Shown: piece by piece, positions 30,356-39,661 of the stretch
Layout of the letters: every line of letters starts with the position of its first letter
Position numbering within the stretch: the stretch's first letter is position 1
Source: an uncultured cyanobacterium
Lineage (GTDB): Bacteria > Cyanobacteriota > Cyanobacteriia > Phormidesmidales > Phormidesmidaceae
Reading direction: 5' to 3'
Assembly: GCA_963793265.1 (NCBI GenBank)
Contig: CAWBZI010000002.1
Coordinates: 480,001 to 544,000 of the forward strand
Length of the DNA stretch: 64,000 nt
Notes under the pieces: model-generated
What the model was told of the DNA's origin: nothing
The model's input: only the letters and a program-made list of their open reading frames with translations
Databases searched by the model: none
Position numbers and translations under genes: made by a program

Positions 30356-30781
30356 TTAAAGCGGGGGAGGGTGTTCGCTTGAGCTGTACAAAATTTTGCG
30401 GAGATTCAAGAGCCCAAGGCGATTAAGCTCTAGCTTTTTAACGGTAGCCCGGCCAATGGCTGTTAAACCTACTATTTCCGTAAAACCTTCACTCCAGGCA
30501 AAATGATCGCTCCATCGGTGAGAGCGAGGATTGTAAAGTGAGACTATAGTTTGAGTAACTGGATCGACAGCATGAATATTGACGTATTTTCTGTTGTTGC
30601 AGCCCTGGCATGCAAAAGCTAGGTTTGAAAGCACATTCTGGCCCGCTTTTGCTTTTGGAATAATGTGGTCAACAGAAAACGAATCCGTAGAGAATGCTTC
30701 TTGAGAGCAACAGTATTCACAGCAAAATTTCGCCCTCTGTGCGACTTTTTCTTTGAGCTTTAAAGGAACTCTCTTACCCAC
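30356..30781 (-). CDS. HNH endonuclease
   Basis: CEYC...VDHIIP...NLAFACQGCNNRK, LYNPR..W.DHF, GRATV..LELN. Confidence 0.9.
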   Translation of the reverse strand: MGKRVPLKLKEKVAQRAKFCCEYCCSQEAFSTDSFSVDHIIPKAKAGQNVLSNLAFACQGCNNRKYVNIHAVDPVTQTIVSLYNPRSHRWSDHFAWSEGFTEIVGLTAIGRATVKKLELNRLGLLNLRKILYSSSEHPPPL

Positions 30782-31193
30782 TATGGGTTCGAGGTTGTAG
30801 CTCTAGCTCTTCAATAATTTGTTTCACAGATGTATTGCGGAGCTTAGCTAACTCAGATACCGCAGTAAGCCTTGTCACGTTAGCCGCTTCCACTTGATCT
30901 GAAAAAGCTATTAGTGCTTTATGATCTTCTGCCGTCAGCGTTTCGTCTTCACGTTTTTTCATGAGTGCATAGTAACGCTGCCAATCAATTGCATCTACGC
31001 TGTGATTGACTACTTGGATCAAATTAGTCTCCGCTACTGAAAGACTATGTTCTGTCGCTCCTTTGATTTTATTAGAAGCTAGCACTTCTTGAATAAGCTG
31101 CGCTACGTAAACGTCAGGAGATAGCCCCGCTGCTTGCGCTGCCTGCTTTAATTGCTGTTCAGTTTCGGGCGGTATTTGAATAGTCAGAGCCAT
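30774..31193 (-). CDS. Hypothetical protein, putative antitoxin partner of the HNH gene
   Basis: RHH-like N-terminus MALTIQIPPETEQQLKQAAQAAGLSPDVYV; overlaps the HNH start by 8 bp. Confidence 0.65.
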   Translation of the reverse strand: MALTIQIPPETEQQLKQAAQAAGLSPDVYVAQLIQEVLASNKIKGATEHSLSVAETNLIQVVNHSVDAIDWQRYYALMKKREDETLTAEDHKALIAFSDQVEAANVTRLTAVSELAKLRNTSVKQIIEELELQPRTHSG

Positions 31194-31207
31194 TACACAA
31201 TCCTTTA

Positions 31208-32029
31208 CTAAACGGTCATCGTGTCCAAAACTCGATTCAGCTTTCCGCTCTTATAGCCTTCCAAATCCAAAGTTACATAGGTAAAGCCAAAACCTTGAAA
31301 GGCTTCTACTAAAGCTGGTAAATCGACTTTGCTGACAAATCCTGTAATTTCTTCAGGCATTAGCTCAATTTTTGCCGTTTCTCCATCTGAGCGCACACGC
31401 AAATTTCGATAGCCCAAGTCACGCATGTAGCGCTCAGCGCGGCCTACTCTATGCAGCTTTTCGGTAGTGATCAGCTCGCCGTATGGGAAGCGAGAGCTAA
31501 GGCAGGGCTGAGAAGGCTTGTCCCACCAAGGGAGGCCAAGCGATTTGGAGAGTTCGCGCACCTCTAGCTTGGTGATGCCGACTTCTGCTAGGGGCGATCG
31601 CACCCCTCTTTCTTTAGCCGCCGCAATCCCAGGCCGATAGTCTTGCAAATCATCCGCATTGAGCCCGTCTACCACATACTCATAGCCCAGCTCATCAGCT
31701 AGCGGGCGTAGGGTATCGTGCAGTTCACTTTTGCAAAAGTAGCAGCGATTCACCGGATTAGAGGTGTACTGCTCATTGTCCATTTCGTGCGTTTCGACCA
31801 CCTTATGCGCAATGCCCATCTCTGCGGCCTGAGACTTGGCATCGTCAAAATCTTCAGGCATTAAGGAAGGTGAATTAGCTGTCACCGCAAGAGATTTTGA
31901 ACCCAGGATGTCAAAGGCAACTTTCGCGACTAGCGTACTGTCAATCCCACCCGAATAGGCAACGAGGGCACGATCCATTTCGCGAAAAATAGTTTGGAGC
32001 TGAGTGAGTTTAGTAGGCAGGCTAGGCAT
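31208..32029 (-). CDS. larE: ATP-dependent sacrificial sulfur transferase LarE family
   Basis: PP-loop AYSGGIDS, NRCYFCK, DYRPG, PCLSSRFPYG, VTLDLEGY. Confidence 0.9.
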   Translation of the reverse strand: MPSLPTKLTQLQTIFREMDRALVAYSGGIDSTLVAKVAFDILGSKSLAVTANSPSLMPEDFDDAKSQAAEMGIAHKVVETHEMDNEQYTSNPVNRCYFCKSELHDTLRPLADELGYEYVVDGLNADDLQDYRPGIAAAKERGVRSPLAEVGITKLEVRELSKSLGLPWWDKPSQPCLSSRFPYGELITTEKLHRVGRAERYMRDLGYRNLRVRSDGETAKIELMPEEITGFVSKVDLPALVEAFQGFGFTYVTLDLEGYKSGKLNRVLDTMTV

Positions 32030-32132
32030 AGAGAAAGGCGCGATATTACCGAGTCTCTACTGTAGCGCCTCTTACAGAAGCTCGACACTAAGGCTTGAGC
32101 TTAAGCCTCTATACAGTGCTTTGTAGAAATCT

Positions 32133-32942
32133 CTAAAACTGGCGGCGCTCAAAAACCGCGACTGTGATGGTTAGCAATAGCGCAGTATAAATTAGTCCAT
32201 ATACTGCGTTTTCTACCAAACCGCCACCGCTAGGAGGCGCAACAAACCCATTGGCAATTTCATTTTTAAGGTTCAGGCGCTCAAGATCAGGCAGCACCAA
32301 AAATAGTCCCTCGGCAATGCGGCGGAAGTTTTCGCTTTCGGCAATCTTGTCTAGCTCTAAAATGTTGCGGGTTTCGTGGCCGACAGCAAAGGTCGCTAAC
32401 GTCATCAAAGTAGCTAAGACCGTGCTCGTAATTGTGCCGAACATCAGCGCCGCCGCAATCAGCAGCACCATCTCTAAAAACATGAAGGTGACGGCAAGCA
32501 GCATTAAATTAAGCTGAAAGGGAACGCCATTCAAAACGAGCAGTCCTAACATCACAGCCGTGAGCGCGGTAATCAACAGCGCCATAATCAGGCTCAGTCC
32601 CAGGTGCTTACCTAGAATGAACTCTAGCCGACTGACCGGCTTAGCAATCAGCACAAGCACCGTTTTTTTCTCAATTTCTTTGTTGATCAGGCCCGTGCCA
32701 ATAAAAACGACAACAAATAGGCTTAGTAGGTTAATTGCAGCGAGGCCCGTGTCGAGAATAAGCTTGTCTTCAGTGCCAGCGGCGACTTCAGGCAGCATCG
32801 TGGTAGCCATCACCATAATGATGACAAATACGCCAATGACATAGAGAATGCGATCGCGCACAATCTCTAAAAATACATTAGATGCGATCGTCCAAATTCT
32901 AGAAAATGACCGAGAAACCGTCGTCGTTGCCGCTACGTCCAT
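32133..32942 (-). CDS. fraE: ABC transporter permease, FraE-like
   Basis: EIVRDRILY, KEIEKKTVLVLIAKPVSR.EFILGK, LPDLERLNLKN; third gene of a fraC-fraD-fraE arrangement. Confidence 0.7.
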   Translation of the reverse strand: MDVAATTTVSRSFSRIWTIASNVFLEIVRDRILYVIGVFVIIMVMATTMLPEVAAGTEDKLILDTGLAAINLLSLFVVVFIGTGLINKEIEKKTVLVLIAKPVSRLEFILGKHLGLSLIMALLITALTAVMLGLLVLNGVPFQLNLMLLAVTFMFLEMVLLIAAALMFGTITSTVLATLMTLATFAVGHETRNILELDKIAESENFRRIAEGLFLVLPDLERLNLKNEIANGFVAPPSGGGLVENAVYGLIYTALLLTITVAVFERRQF

Positions 32943-33050
32943 AACTGAATCGTTCTAATATGAACTCACAATAAAAGTTGATATTAGAAAGCTACCCATT
33001 TTGAGCCGCTAATTACAATTTTTGTTGATGAATTTTTAATGTGCACACTT

Positions 33051-34109
33051 CTAGGCTCTGAGCCGACTGCGCTGCAACAGCGGTAGGTCTTCACCACAAT
33101 CAACTTTCGTTAGCGTAGACGTTTGAGGAATCTGCTCACTTTCTGTCGTCCCTTCACCACTCGCCTGATCCACCGTTTCATCTGCCGGTTGGTTAGCCTC
33201 CCCGCTCGCTCGCACCCTTTTTTCCGGCGTAATCTTACAGGTCTTCTCCACATAGAGGTTTTCGTCATCTGCCACTGGCCCTGTCCAATCCGCCCGCAGC
33301 GTCAGCAAATAACCTTCACCTAAGCGCCTGGGCTGAGGCACCGCCATTCGCCAAAAGATTTGCTCCTCTGGAGCCCCCAGCGTATTCGTCATGCGCTGAG
33401 CAATAGCTTCCAGCCGATTTTTGCGGGTATATAGCCAGCGCTCCGTCTGGTACCAGGGCTGACCGTCTAGCTCTTCGGCGATCGCATCTGCGGTACTTTC
33501 TAATAACAGGATGCCTTGAACATCCGGCTGGCGATCGACCACGAAATCGTATACAAAAGCGCTCCGGCTCAAATCATTCGCCAGCAGGCTAGGATAGTTT
33601 GTTACCCAATCTTGTATCCGAAAATAAAACAAGATCCAGCTATTGAGCAAAAGGTTAATCAGCAGCGTCATCACCAAGGACTTCTGCCTGTCTTTTTTAG
33701 GCAGCGAAACCTTCAGCTCCCAGTTGACAAAATCAGGCAGGGCCATAATTGCCATCGAGATCATCGGCCAGCTAGAGAGCGACCAGCGCACCCGGCTATC
33801 TTCCCACGGCCAAAACAAGAATAAGCACAGCACCGCGCCCGTAATCCAAGGCCCGATATAAAAGCCATACACCTTGAATTTATCTTTATTGGCATTTGTG
33901 CCCCACCATACAGCACAGGTGAAAAATATCCAGCTCAGCGTGGTCAATATGTCTACAGCCGGATATTCCTCGCCGTCTATCGCCGCTAGCAGCGATGCAA
34001 TTATCAGCGAAAACAAACTCAGCATGAGCAGCGTTTGCCAGGCAAAGTATCGATCTGGCCAAAATAGATCTTTAAGCTGCGTAAAAAATTCTTTGATATT
34101 TTCTAGCAT
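33051..34109 (-). CDS. fraD: Septal junction protein FraD (DUF5357) homologue
   Basis: About 5 TM helices (FAWQTL, GPWITGA, SWILFYFRIQDWVTNYPSLL) then a soluble domain with two Cys; TGATG coupling to fraC. Confidence 0.75.
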   Translation of the reverse strand: MLENIKEFFTQLKDLFWPDRYFAWQTLLMLSLFSLIIASLLAAIDGEEYPAVDILTTLSWIFFTCAVWWGTNANKDKFKVYGFYIGPWITGAVLCLFLFWPWEDSRVRWSLSSWPMISMAIMALPDFVNWELKVSLPKKDRQKSLVMTLLINLLLNSWILFYFRIQDWVTNYPSLLANDLSRSAFVYDFVVDRQPDVQGILLLESTADAIAEELDGQPWYQTERWLYTRKNRLEAIAQRMTNTLGAPEEQIFWRMAVPQPRRLGEGYLLTLRADWTGPVADDENLYVEKTCKITPEKRVRASGEANQPADETVDQASGEGTTESEQIPQTSTLTKVDCGEDLPLLQRSRLRA

Positions 34110-34672
34110 CAAACCCAGCTCTCTGCGCTCATCCGCAATAGCAATAGCAGCAGAATAATCGTAAAGCTTGCGGCATTAGCCTGAATGACAGTATCGATAA
34201 AGCTAGAAATCGCCTGCTGCGTTTCAGTGCGCCCGGCTCTGGCTCTGATATATCGCTGTTCGCGTGATAGCCGCTCTGGTTTTTCAGGCACTTTCCAGGC
34301 GTCATCCGCGCGCAGCATAAACTCCAAGCCCTTTGCCTTGATAAAAAAGGTCGCAAAAAAGGCGACCAGCCCGATTGCAAAAATAACGCTGCCGGTTTGG
34401 GTCGTCCAGCCGCCAGTGACCAGCCGGTCGAACATGACATAGCTGATGATCTGCGCTTTTATCAGCGGCGGCGACAGGGGCTCTACAATCAAAAAGGTCA
34501 GCCAGCCAATGACGACCGAAGCCAGATTCACAACGGTGGTGTACTGCACGCTGGTTTTGAAGCCTAGACGCAATCGCTGGCGAAAAATGCCTGCCTCAAT
34601 AGAAATGGCAACCATTAAAAATAAGACTTGAAAGGCGATCGCCCGTAGCGGAAATATAGGCTCGTAGTCCAT
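34109..34672 (-). CDS. fraC: Filament integrity protein FraC homologue
   Basis: PLRAIAFQVLFLMVAISIEA, SVQY...VNL...IGW, LISYV-like segment, QANAAS; ATG at 34672. Confidence 0.75.
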   Translation of the reverse strand: MDYEPIFPLRAIAFQVLFLMVAISIEAGIFRQRLRLGFKTSVQYTTVVNLASVVIGWLTFLIVEPLSPPLIKAQIISYVMFDRLVTGGWTTQTGSVIFAIGLVAFFATFFIKAKGLEFMLRADDAWKVPEKPERLSREQRYIRARAGRTETQQAISSFIDTVIQANAASFTIILLLLLLRMSAESWV

Positions 34673-34777
34673 GCGATGTGCTCTACACGCGAGTGCCTTT
34701 TCATAGGTTTTCAATAGACCATATTAAAGGCATATCGCATAGGGTATCGCCTGAAGGTCGCCCGATCAAATAACCCA

Positions 34778-36145
34778 TCAAATAACCAAACCGTAGCCCG
34801 TACACCACAGCACCATCAAAGCCCCCTGCAATCCGCCTAAGCAAAGCGTCAGCCACAAATTCCACTGCCCTTTATAGCTCAGTATTGCCAGCCCAATGAA
34901 GAGGGGAAAGATAGGCAGCGTAAATCGAGCCATAGACGCCACACCCGCTGAAAGTGGGATAAAAATGGAATACATGCCGAACAGCCAGTAAGCAAGTCCA
35001 ATAGCTCTGGCGTATAGACTAAGCAGCGCAAAAGCCCCGAGGAAAAAGGCGCACTCCAGCAGTTTTTTAAAGCTCGGCTCGCTTACCCCCTGGCTCAGCC
35101 CCTGCCAGAGAGAAGCGACCGGGTTCAAGATCTCGCGATCCCATGCAGCCTGATTCGTCTTAAAAAATAAGTAGTCGCCGGTTATCTGGTGCGTGTATAC
35201 AGAGAATGCGAGTAGACCCAGCGGCACCAGCAGCAGAAACAAACTGTTAAAGCGAATGTCTTTGAGCTTGAAGTCGATACGCTTCAGATACTCATACAAA
35301 AGTGGCAGCGCAATTAGTATGCCCAGCGTTCTGGTTGCCGAGAGCAGCCCACCGCAAACACCCGCTAGCCACCACTTCTGTTTTTTCGCAAAATAGAAGC
35401 ACAGCAGTGTCAAAAATAGGTACAGAGACTCTGTGAATACGCCCGACAAAATGAAGGAAACCGGAAACAAAAACAGATATCTCACTGAGCGGCGAGCAAT
35501 CTTTTTACTCCACTGCATCTCTACAAGTTTGTATAAAACGTAGCAAGAGAGTAGCAGACAAACGTTGGAGATTAAAAGACCGGCCAAAAAGTAATGATCT
35601 CCGCCCACGCCACCAATGAGCTTCATCAGCATTGGATACAGGGGGAAAAACGGAAAGTTGGTCTGATCTGGAAACTCAGGTAGCTTGGTGGCAGTAGAGT
35701 AGCCGTTTTGGGCGATATCCATATACCACAGCGAATCCCACACCCCCCACATGTCTAGCCAGGTATATTTTGACCAGCTAATCTCTTTGCCGATGCTCGT
35801 CGGCAAAACGGCATAAGAGACTAGGCCAATCGCAGTTAGCACTATTCGAGTAGAGACAAACAAACCCAATATATACCGCAGCTCTGAAGCGAGGGTTTCG
35901 TGCCAGGGGAGCAGAGGCAAGAGTGTCTCGGGCGGGACGCTTGGTGACGCATCAAGGTGATAAGAGGTGGGCGATCGCCTAGAAAACGTCGGCTCAGCCT
36001 GAAAAGTAGGCTGCACAAAAGAAGGCGCTGCCTCTAAGTTAGCATCGTCGGATTTTTGCTTAGCAGACGGTGCATTACCCAGAGCGTGCGCTTTGTTTGA
36101 AACCTTTTCTTCATTGAGAGCCCTACTGTCGAAGCTCTTTGCCAT
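34778..36145 (-). CDS. GT-C mannosyltransferase family (PIG-V-like) protein, copy 1
   Basis: WDSLWYMDIAQNGY, FPFFPLYP, FTESLYL, ATRTLG; multi-TM; ~85-aa low-complexity N-terminal extension. Confidence 0.85.
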   Translation of the reverse strand: MAKSFDSRALNEEKVSNKAHALGNAPSAKQKSDDANLEAAPSFVQPTFQAEPTFSRRSPTSYHLDASPSVPPETLLPLLPWHETLASELRYILGLFVSTRIVLTAIGLVSYAVLPTSIGKEISWSKYTWLDMWGVWDSLWYMDIAQNGYSTATKLPEFPDQTNFPFFPLYPMLMKLIGGVGGDHYFLAGLLISNVCLLLSCYVLYKLVEMQWSKKIARRSVRYLFLFPVSFILSGVFTESLYLFLTLLCFYFAKKQKWWLAGVCGGLLSATRTLGILIALPLLYEYLKRIDFKLKDIRFNSLFLLLVPLGLLAFSVYTHQITGDYLFFKTNQAAWDREILNPVASLWQGLSQGVSEPSFKKLLECAFFLGAFALLSLYARAIGLAYWLFGMYSIFIPLSAGVASMARFTLPIFPLFIGLAILSYKGQWNLWLTLCLGGLQGALMVLWCTGYGLVI

Positions 36146-36374
36146 CCTTGAAACCTATAGGGTGCCGCGTCAGTTATATCGAACAAGCGTTAAAGAAGCA
36201 TGAGGCACATGCGAATACTTTCATAATTCGCATTAGTGAACAGTGATCAGGATCTTTTCAAAAAGGCTTTAAGCAAGACGTGTTGCCGTTTTCATGCTAT
36301 TCAACCTGGGTAAAAACACATCATCCTAAAGGTATAAATTACCACCTAGACCTATCTTTTAACCACTTAGATTT

Positions 36375-37529
36375 TCAAACTACCAAAGCCTGCCCCGTGC
36401 ACCAGTACAGCATCAAGCACCCTTGCATAAATCCTAAGAAAAGTGTCAGCGCGTCATCCCACAACTTATTGCGGCCAATACTCGCCAATATGATAAACAA
36501 AGGAAATATAGGTAAAGTATATCGCGGCACAGAGGCAATCCCGGCTGCCAGCGGAATCAATATGGAGTACATACCTAGCAGCCAGTACGAGAATTCAATT
36601 TTTTTATAGCCTGCAATCAGCAATAGCAGCGTAGCGCTACCAAAGGTGACTTCTAAAAGAGACTTAGCACTTGACTGGGCAATTCCCTGCTTTAGTCCTC
36701 TCCAAAGAGAAACAAGCGGATTCAAAATCTCGCGATCCCACGCGGCCTGATTGGTTTTGAAGTAAAAGAAGTCACCTGTAGCCTGATAGCTATAAACAGA
36801 AAATGCCAGTAGTCCTAGCGGCACCAGTAGTAAAAAAAGAACGTCTATACGCACTTTGTTGATCTTGAAGTTTATACTACGCACATACTCGAAGCACATC
36901 GGCAGTATGATTAACACTCCCAGCGTTCTTGTTGCAGATAACAGCGCACCGCTAACGCCAGCTAGCCACCACTTTTGGCGCTTTGCACTATAAAAACAAA
37001 GCAGTGTTAAGAAGAGATACAGCGATTCTGTGAAAACGCCTGAGAACACGAAAGATACGGGATACAAGAACAAATATTTGACACAGCGGCGCGCCATTTT
37101 TGGGCCTTGCTCTAGCTCGATTAGCTTGTAAAACAGATAGCAGGCCAGCAGCAGACAAACGTTAGATATGAAAAGACCTGCTAGAAAGTATTCGCCGCCC
37201 GTAAGCGTGCCGAAAAGGCGCATCAGCATTGGATAGAGCGGAAAAAACGGAAAGTTGGTTTGATCCAAGCTGCCTTCAATGCTGCCAACTGTGGAGTAGC
37301 CATTTTGAGCGATATCCATATACCAGTAGCTGTCCCACACGCCCCACAGGTCGATCCAGGTGTATTTTGACCAGCTAAACTGCTTGCCGTAGCCCGTTTC
37401 GCTCAGGCGGTGAGCCATCAGCCCCACCAGCGTCAGGGCAATTCGAGACGCCAAAAATAATCCGAAAATATATCGCAGCGCCGAAAAATTGGAGAAAAGC
37501 GTGCGGTCATTACGTCTAGATGTTTCCAT
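36375..37529 (-). CDS. GT-C mannosyltransferase family (PIG-V-like) protein, copy 2
   Basis: Same motifs (WDSYWYMDIAQNGY, FPFFPLYP, FTESLYL); ATG at 37529 avoids overlap with cobO. Confidence 0.85.
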   Translation of the reverse strand: METSRRNDRTLFSNFSALRYIFGLFLASRIALTLVGLMAHRLSETGYGKQFSWSKYTWIDLWGVWDSYWYMDIAQNGYSTVGSIEGSLDQTNFPFFPLYPMLMRLFGTLTGGEYFLAGLFISNVCLLLACYLFYKLIELEQGPKMARRCVKYLFLYPVSFVFSGVFTESLYLFLTLLCFYSAKRQKWWLAGVSGALLSATRTLGVLIILPMCFEYVRSINFKINKVRIDVLFLLLVPLGLLAFSVYSYQATGDFFYFKTNQAAWDREILNPLVSLWRGLKQGIAQSSAKSLLEVTFGSATLLLLIAGYKKIEFSYWLLGMYSILIPLAAGIASVPRYTLPIFPLFIILASIGRNKLWDDALTLFLGFMQGCLMLYWCTGQALVV

Positions 37530-37575
37530 AGTTAAAGTAGAGAAACGTATTCCTTGTAACCGGTTTTGACTTCCT

Positions 37576-38706
37576 ATGCCCAAAGCGATTGGCATCCGTA
37601 CTGCTCAAAATAACTCCGAACGTCTCACAGGCCAAATCCATGTGTATGACGGGGAGGGCAAAGGCAAGTCTCAGGTGGCCTTAGGCGTGGTGCTGCGCTC
37701 AATTGGCTTAGGGATTCATCAGTTCATGGAAAGCCGGGTGCTGCTGCTGCGCTTTTTGAAAGGGCCGGGGCGTACATATGACGAGGATGCGGCGATTGAG
37801 GCATTGCAGCGAGGGTTTCCGCACCTAATCGATCAGGTGCGAACGGGGCGCGCCGAGTTTTTTGGGCCAGAGGAAATTACTAAGTTTGACCAGCAGGAGG
37901 CGCAGCGAGGGTGGGATGTAGCGAAAGGGGCGATCGCATCCGGCCTCTATTCAGTCGTCGTGCTCGATGAAATTAACCCAGTGCTCGATCTCGACTTGCT
38001 TTCGATTGAAGACGTGGTGCGATCGCTCAAAAACAAGCCCGATCACCTAGAAGTAATCGCCACCGGCCGAGGCGCGCCCCCACAGCTGATCGAAATTGCT
38101 GATTTGCACTCAGAAATGAAGCCTCAGATTCACCAGACCGCCGCTGAGATGGGGATTGAAGGAATTGAGATCTATACGGGCGACGGTAAAGGTAAGTCTA
38201 CGAGCGCGTTAGGAAAGGCGTTGCAGGCGATTGGGAAAGGGATTAGTCAGGATAAGTCACACCGGGTTATGGTAATGCAGTGGCTTAAGGGGGGCCAGGG
38301 CTATACGGAAGATGCCGCGATCGCAGCCCTGCGCAAAAGCTATCCGCACCTCGTAGACCATCAGCGCTGCGGGCGGGATGCGATTGTATGGCGGGGGCAG
38401 CAGCAGCCGATTGACTATATAGAAGCTGAGCGGGGGTGGGAGATTGCTAGTACCGCGATCGCCTCTGGCCTCTACAAAACCATCATCCTCGACGAGCTAA
38501 ACCCCACTGTAGACTTAGAGCTACTGCCAGAAGAACCGATTATTCAAACGCTGCTGCGCAAACCCAAAGATACGGAAGTCATCATCACGGGTCGCTGTAA
38601 AAATCAGCCTGCGTACTTTCAGCTTGCCAGCGCTCACTCGGAGGTGTTTTGTCATAAGCACTATGCCGAACGTGGCGTAGAGCTGAAGCGCGGCGTAGAC
38701 TTTTAG
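37576..38706 (+). CDS. cobO: Cob(I)yrinic acid a,c-diamide adenosyltransferase (duplicated-domain cyanobacterial form)
   Basis: Two Y(D/T)GxGKGKS P-loops, two LDE(I/L)N motifs and two TGR motifs. Confidence 0.93.
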   Translation: MPKAIGIRTAQNNSERLTGQIHVYDGEGKGKSQVALGVVLRSIGLGIHQFMESRVLLLRFLKGPGRTYDEDAAIEALQRGFPHLIDQVRTGRAEFFGPEEITKFDQQEAQRGWDVAKGAIASGLYSVVVLDEINPVLDLDLLSIEDVVRSLKNKPDHLEVIATGRGAPPQLIEIADLHSEMKPQIHQTAAEMGIEGIEIYTGDGKGKSTSALGKALQAIGKGISQDKSHRVMVMQWLKGGQGYTEDAAIAALRKSYPHLVDHQRCGRDAIVWRGQQQPIDYIEAERGWEIASTAIASGLYKTIILDELNPTVDLELLPEEPIIQTLLRKPKDTEVIITGRCKNQPAYFQLASAHSEVFCHKHYAERGVELKRGVDF

Positions 38707-38756
38707 ACTGAGTATTGCGCTAAGTTATGAATGTTGAGCAGTAGAGAATGTAGCCA

Positions 38757-39107
38757 ATGGCAAAGCTAACAATCGAGATTCCTGATGACTTGATGACACA
38801 GCTTTTACCTGTCGAAGAGAAATTGCCTGAGCTTCTAAGGCGCTGTCTACAGCCGCTCGCACTGCCAGCACAGGTTTACCGATATGTGCTCGATTTTCTT
38901 GCCAGCCAGCCCACGCCTGAGCAAATAGCTGAGTTTCGCCCGACTACCGATATGCAATCGCGGCTGAAGGTGCTAGTTGAAAAAGAAAGCAACGCAGCGC
39001 TTAGCTTTGAAGAACAGCAGGAGCTATTAGAATACGAACGCATTGAGCACTTGATTGTCATGTTCAAAGCTGGACTCATCAGCAACTCATCTCAGGCAAT
39101 CAGTTAA
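38757..39107 (+). CDS. Hypothetical protein, putative antitoxin partner of the HNH gene
   Basis: MAKLTIEIPDDL N-terminus, FLASQPTPEQIAEFRP; TAATG coupling to the HNH gene. Confidence 0.65.
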   Translation: MAKLTIEIPDDLMTQLLPVEEKLPELLRRCLQPLALPAQVYRYVLDFLASQPTPEQIAEFRPTTDMQSRLKVLVEKESNAALSFEEQQELLEYERIEHLIVMFKAGLISNSSQAIS

Positions 39108-39505
39108 TGGCCTATGTCTCAGATGCGCTTCGCCTTTTCGTAGCTGAACGAGCCTCTTTATCTTGTGAATACTGCTTATTGCCTAATTCATTGAGCTTTT
39201 ATCCTCATGAGCTAGATCATGTTGTTGCGCTCAAGCATCAAGGTCAAACGACTGCGGACAATCTTGCTTATGCCTGTTGGCGCTGCAACCGATTCAAAGG
39301 CAGTGATCTCGGCTCTTTTGATCCTGAGACAAACGACTTTTGTTTTATTTTTAATCCGCGAAAACAAGTGTGGGCTGAACACTTTTTACTCAAAGCAGGA
39401 CAGATTACTGGACAATCGCCGGAAGGTAGAACAACAGCTACGCTGCTTAAGCTAAATACTAGCGATCGCATACAGGAGCGCTTACGCTACTCACTCAGTG
39501 ATTAG
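39107..39505 (+). CDS. HNH endonuclease
   Basis: CEYC...DHVVALKHQG...NLAYACWRCNRFKG, FNPR..WAEHF, GRTT..LKLN. Confidence 0.9.
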   Translation: MAYVSDALRLFVAERASLSCEYCLLPNSLSFYPHELDHVVALKHQGQTTADNLAYACWRCNRFKGSDLGSFDPETNDFCFIFNPRKQVWAEHFLLKAGQITGQSPEGRTTATLLKLNTSDRIQERLRYSLSD

Positions 39506-39580
39506 AAGCTGCGCCACCATTTCCATGCGAGACGATACCCCAAGCTTGCGGAACATTCGTTTCAGTGCCTGTTTCAATGT
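39491..39580 (-). pseudogene. C-terminal remnant of a LuxR-type HTH regulator
   Basis: Minus strand reads TLKQALKRMFRKLGVSSRMEMVAQLLITE*, preceded by an in-frame TAA. Confidence 0.65.
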
Positions 39581-39661
39581 TTAACTAGCTGCGCGATAGG
39601 TGTCTATTTTATCCACTGCACTATTTCCTTCAAAGTTAGTTTATCGAACACTATCTTCAGC

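Noticed and set aside
37576..38706. Internal duplication in CobO
   Set aside because: This is the normal architecture of the cyanobacterial enzyme.
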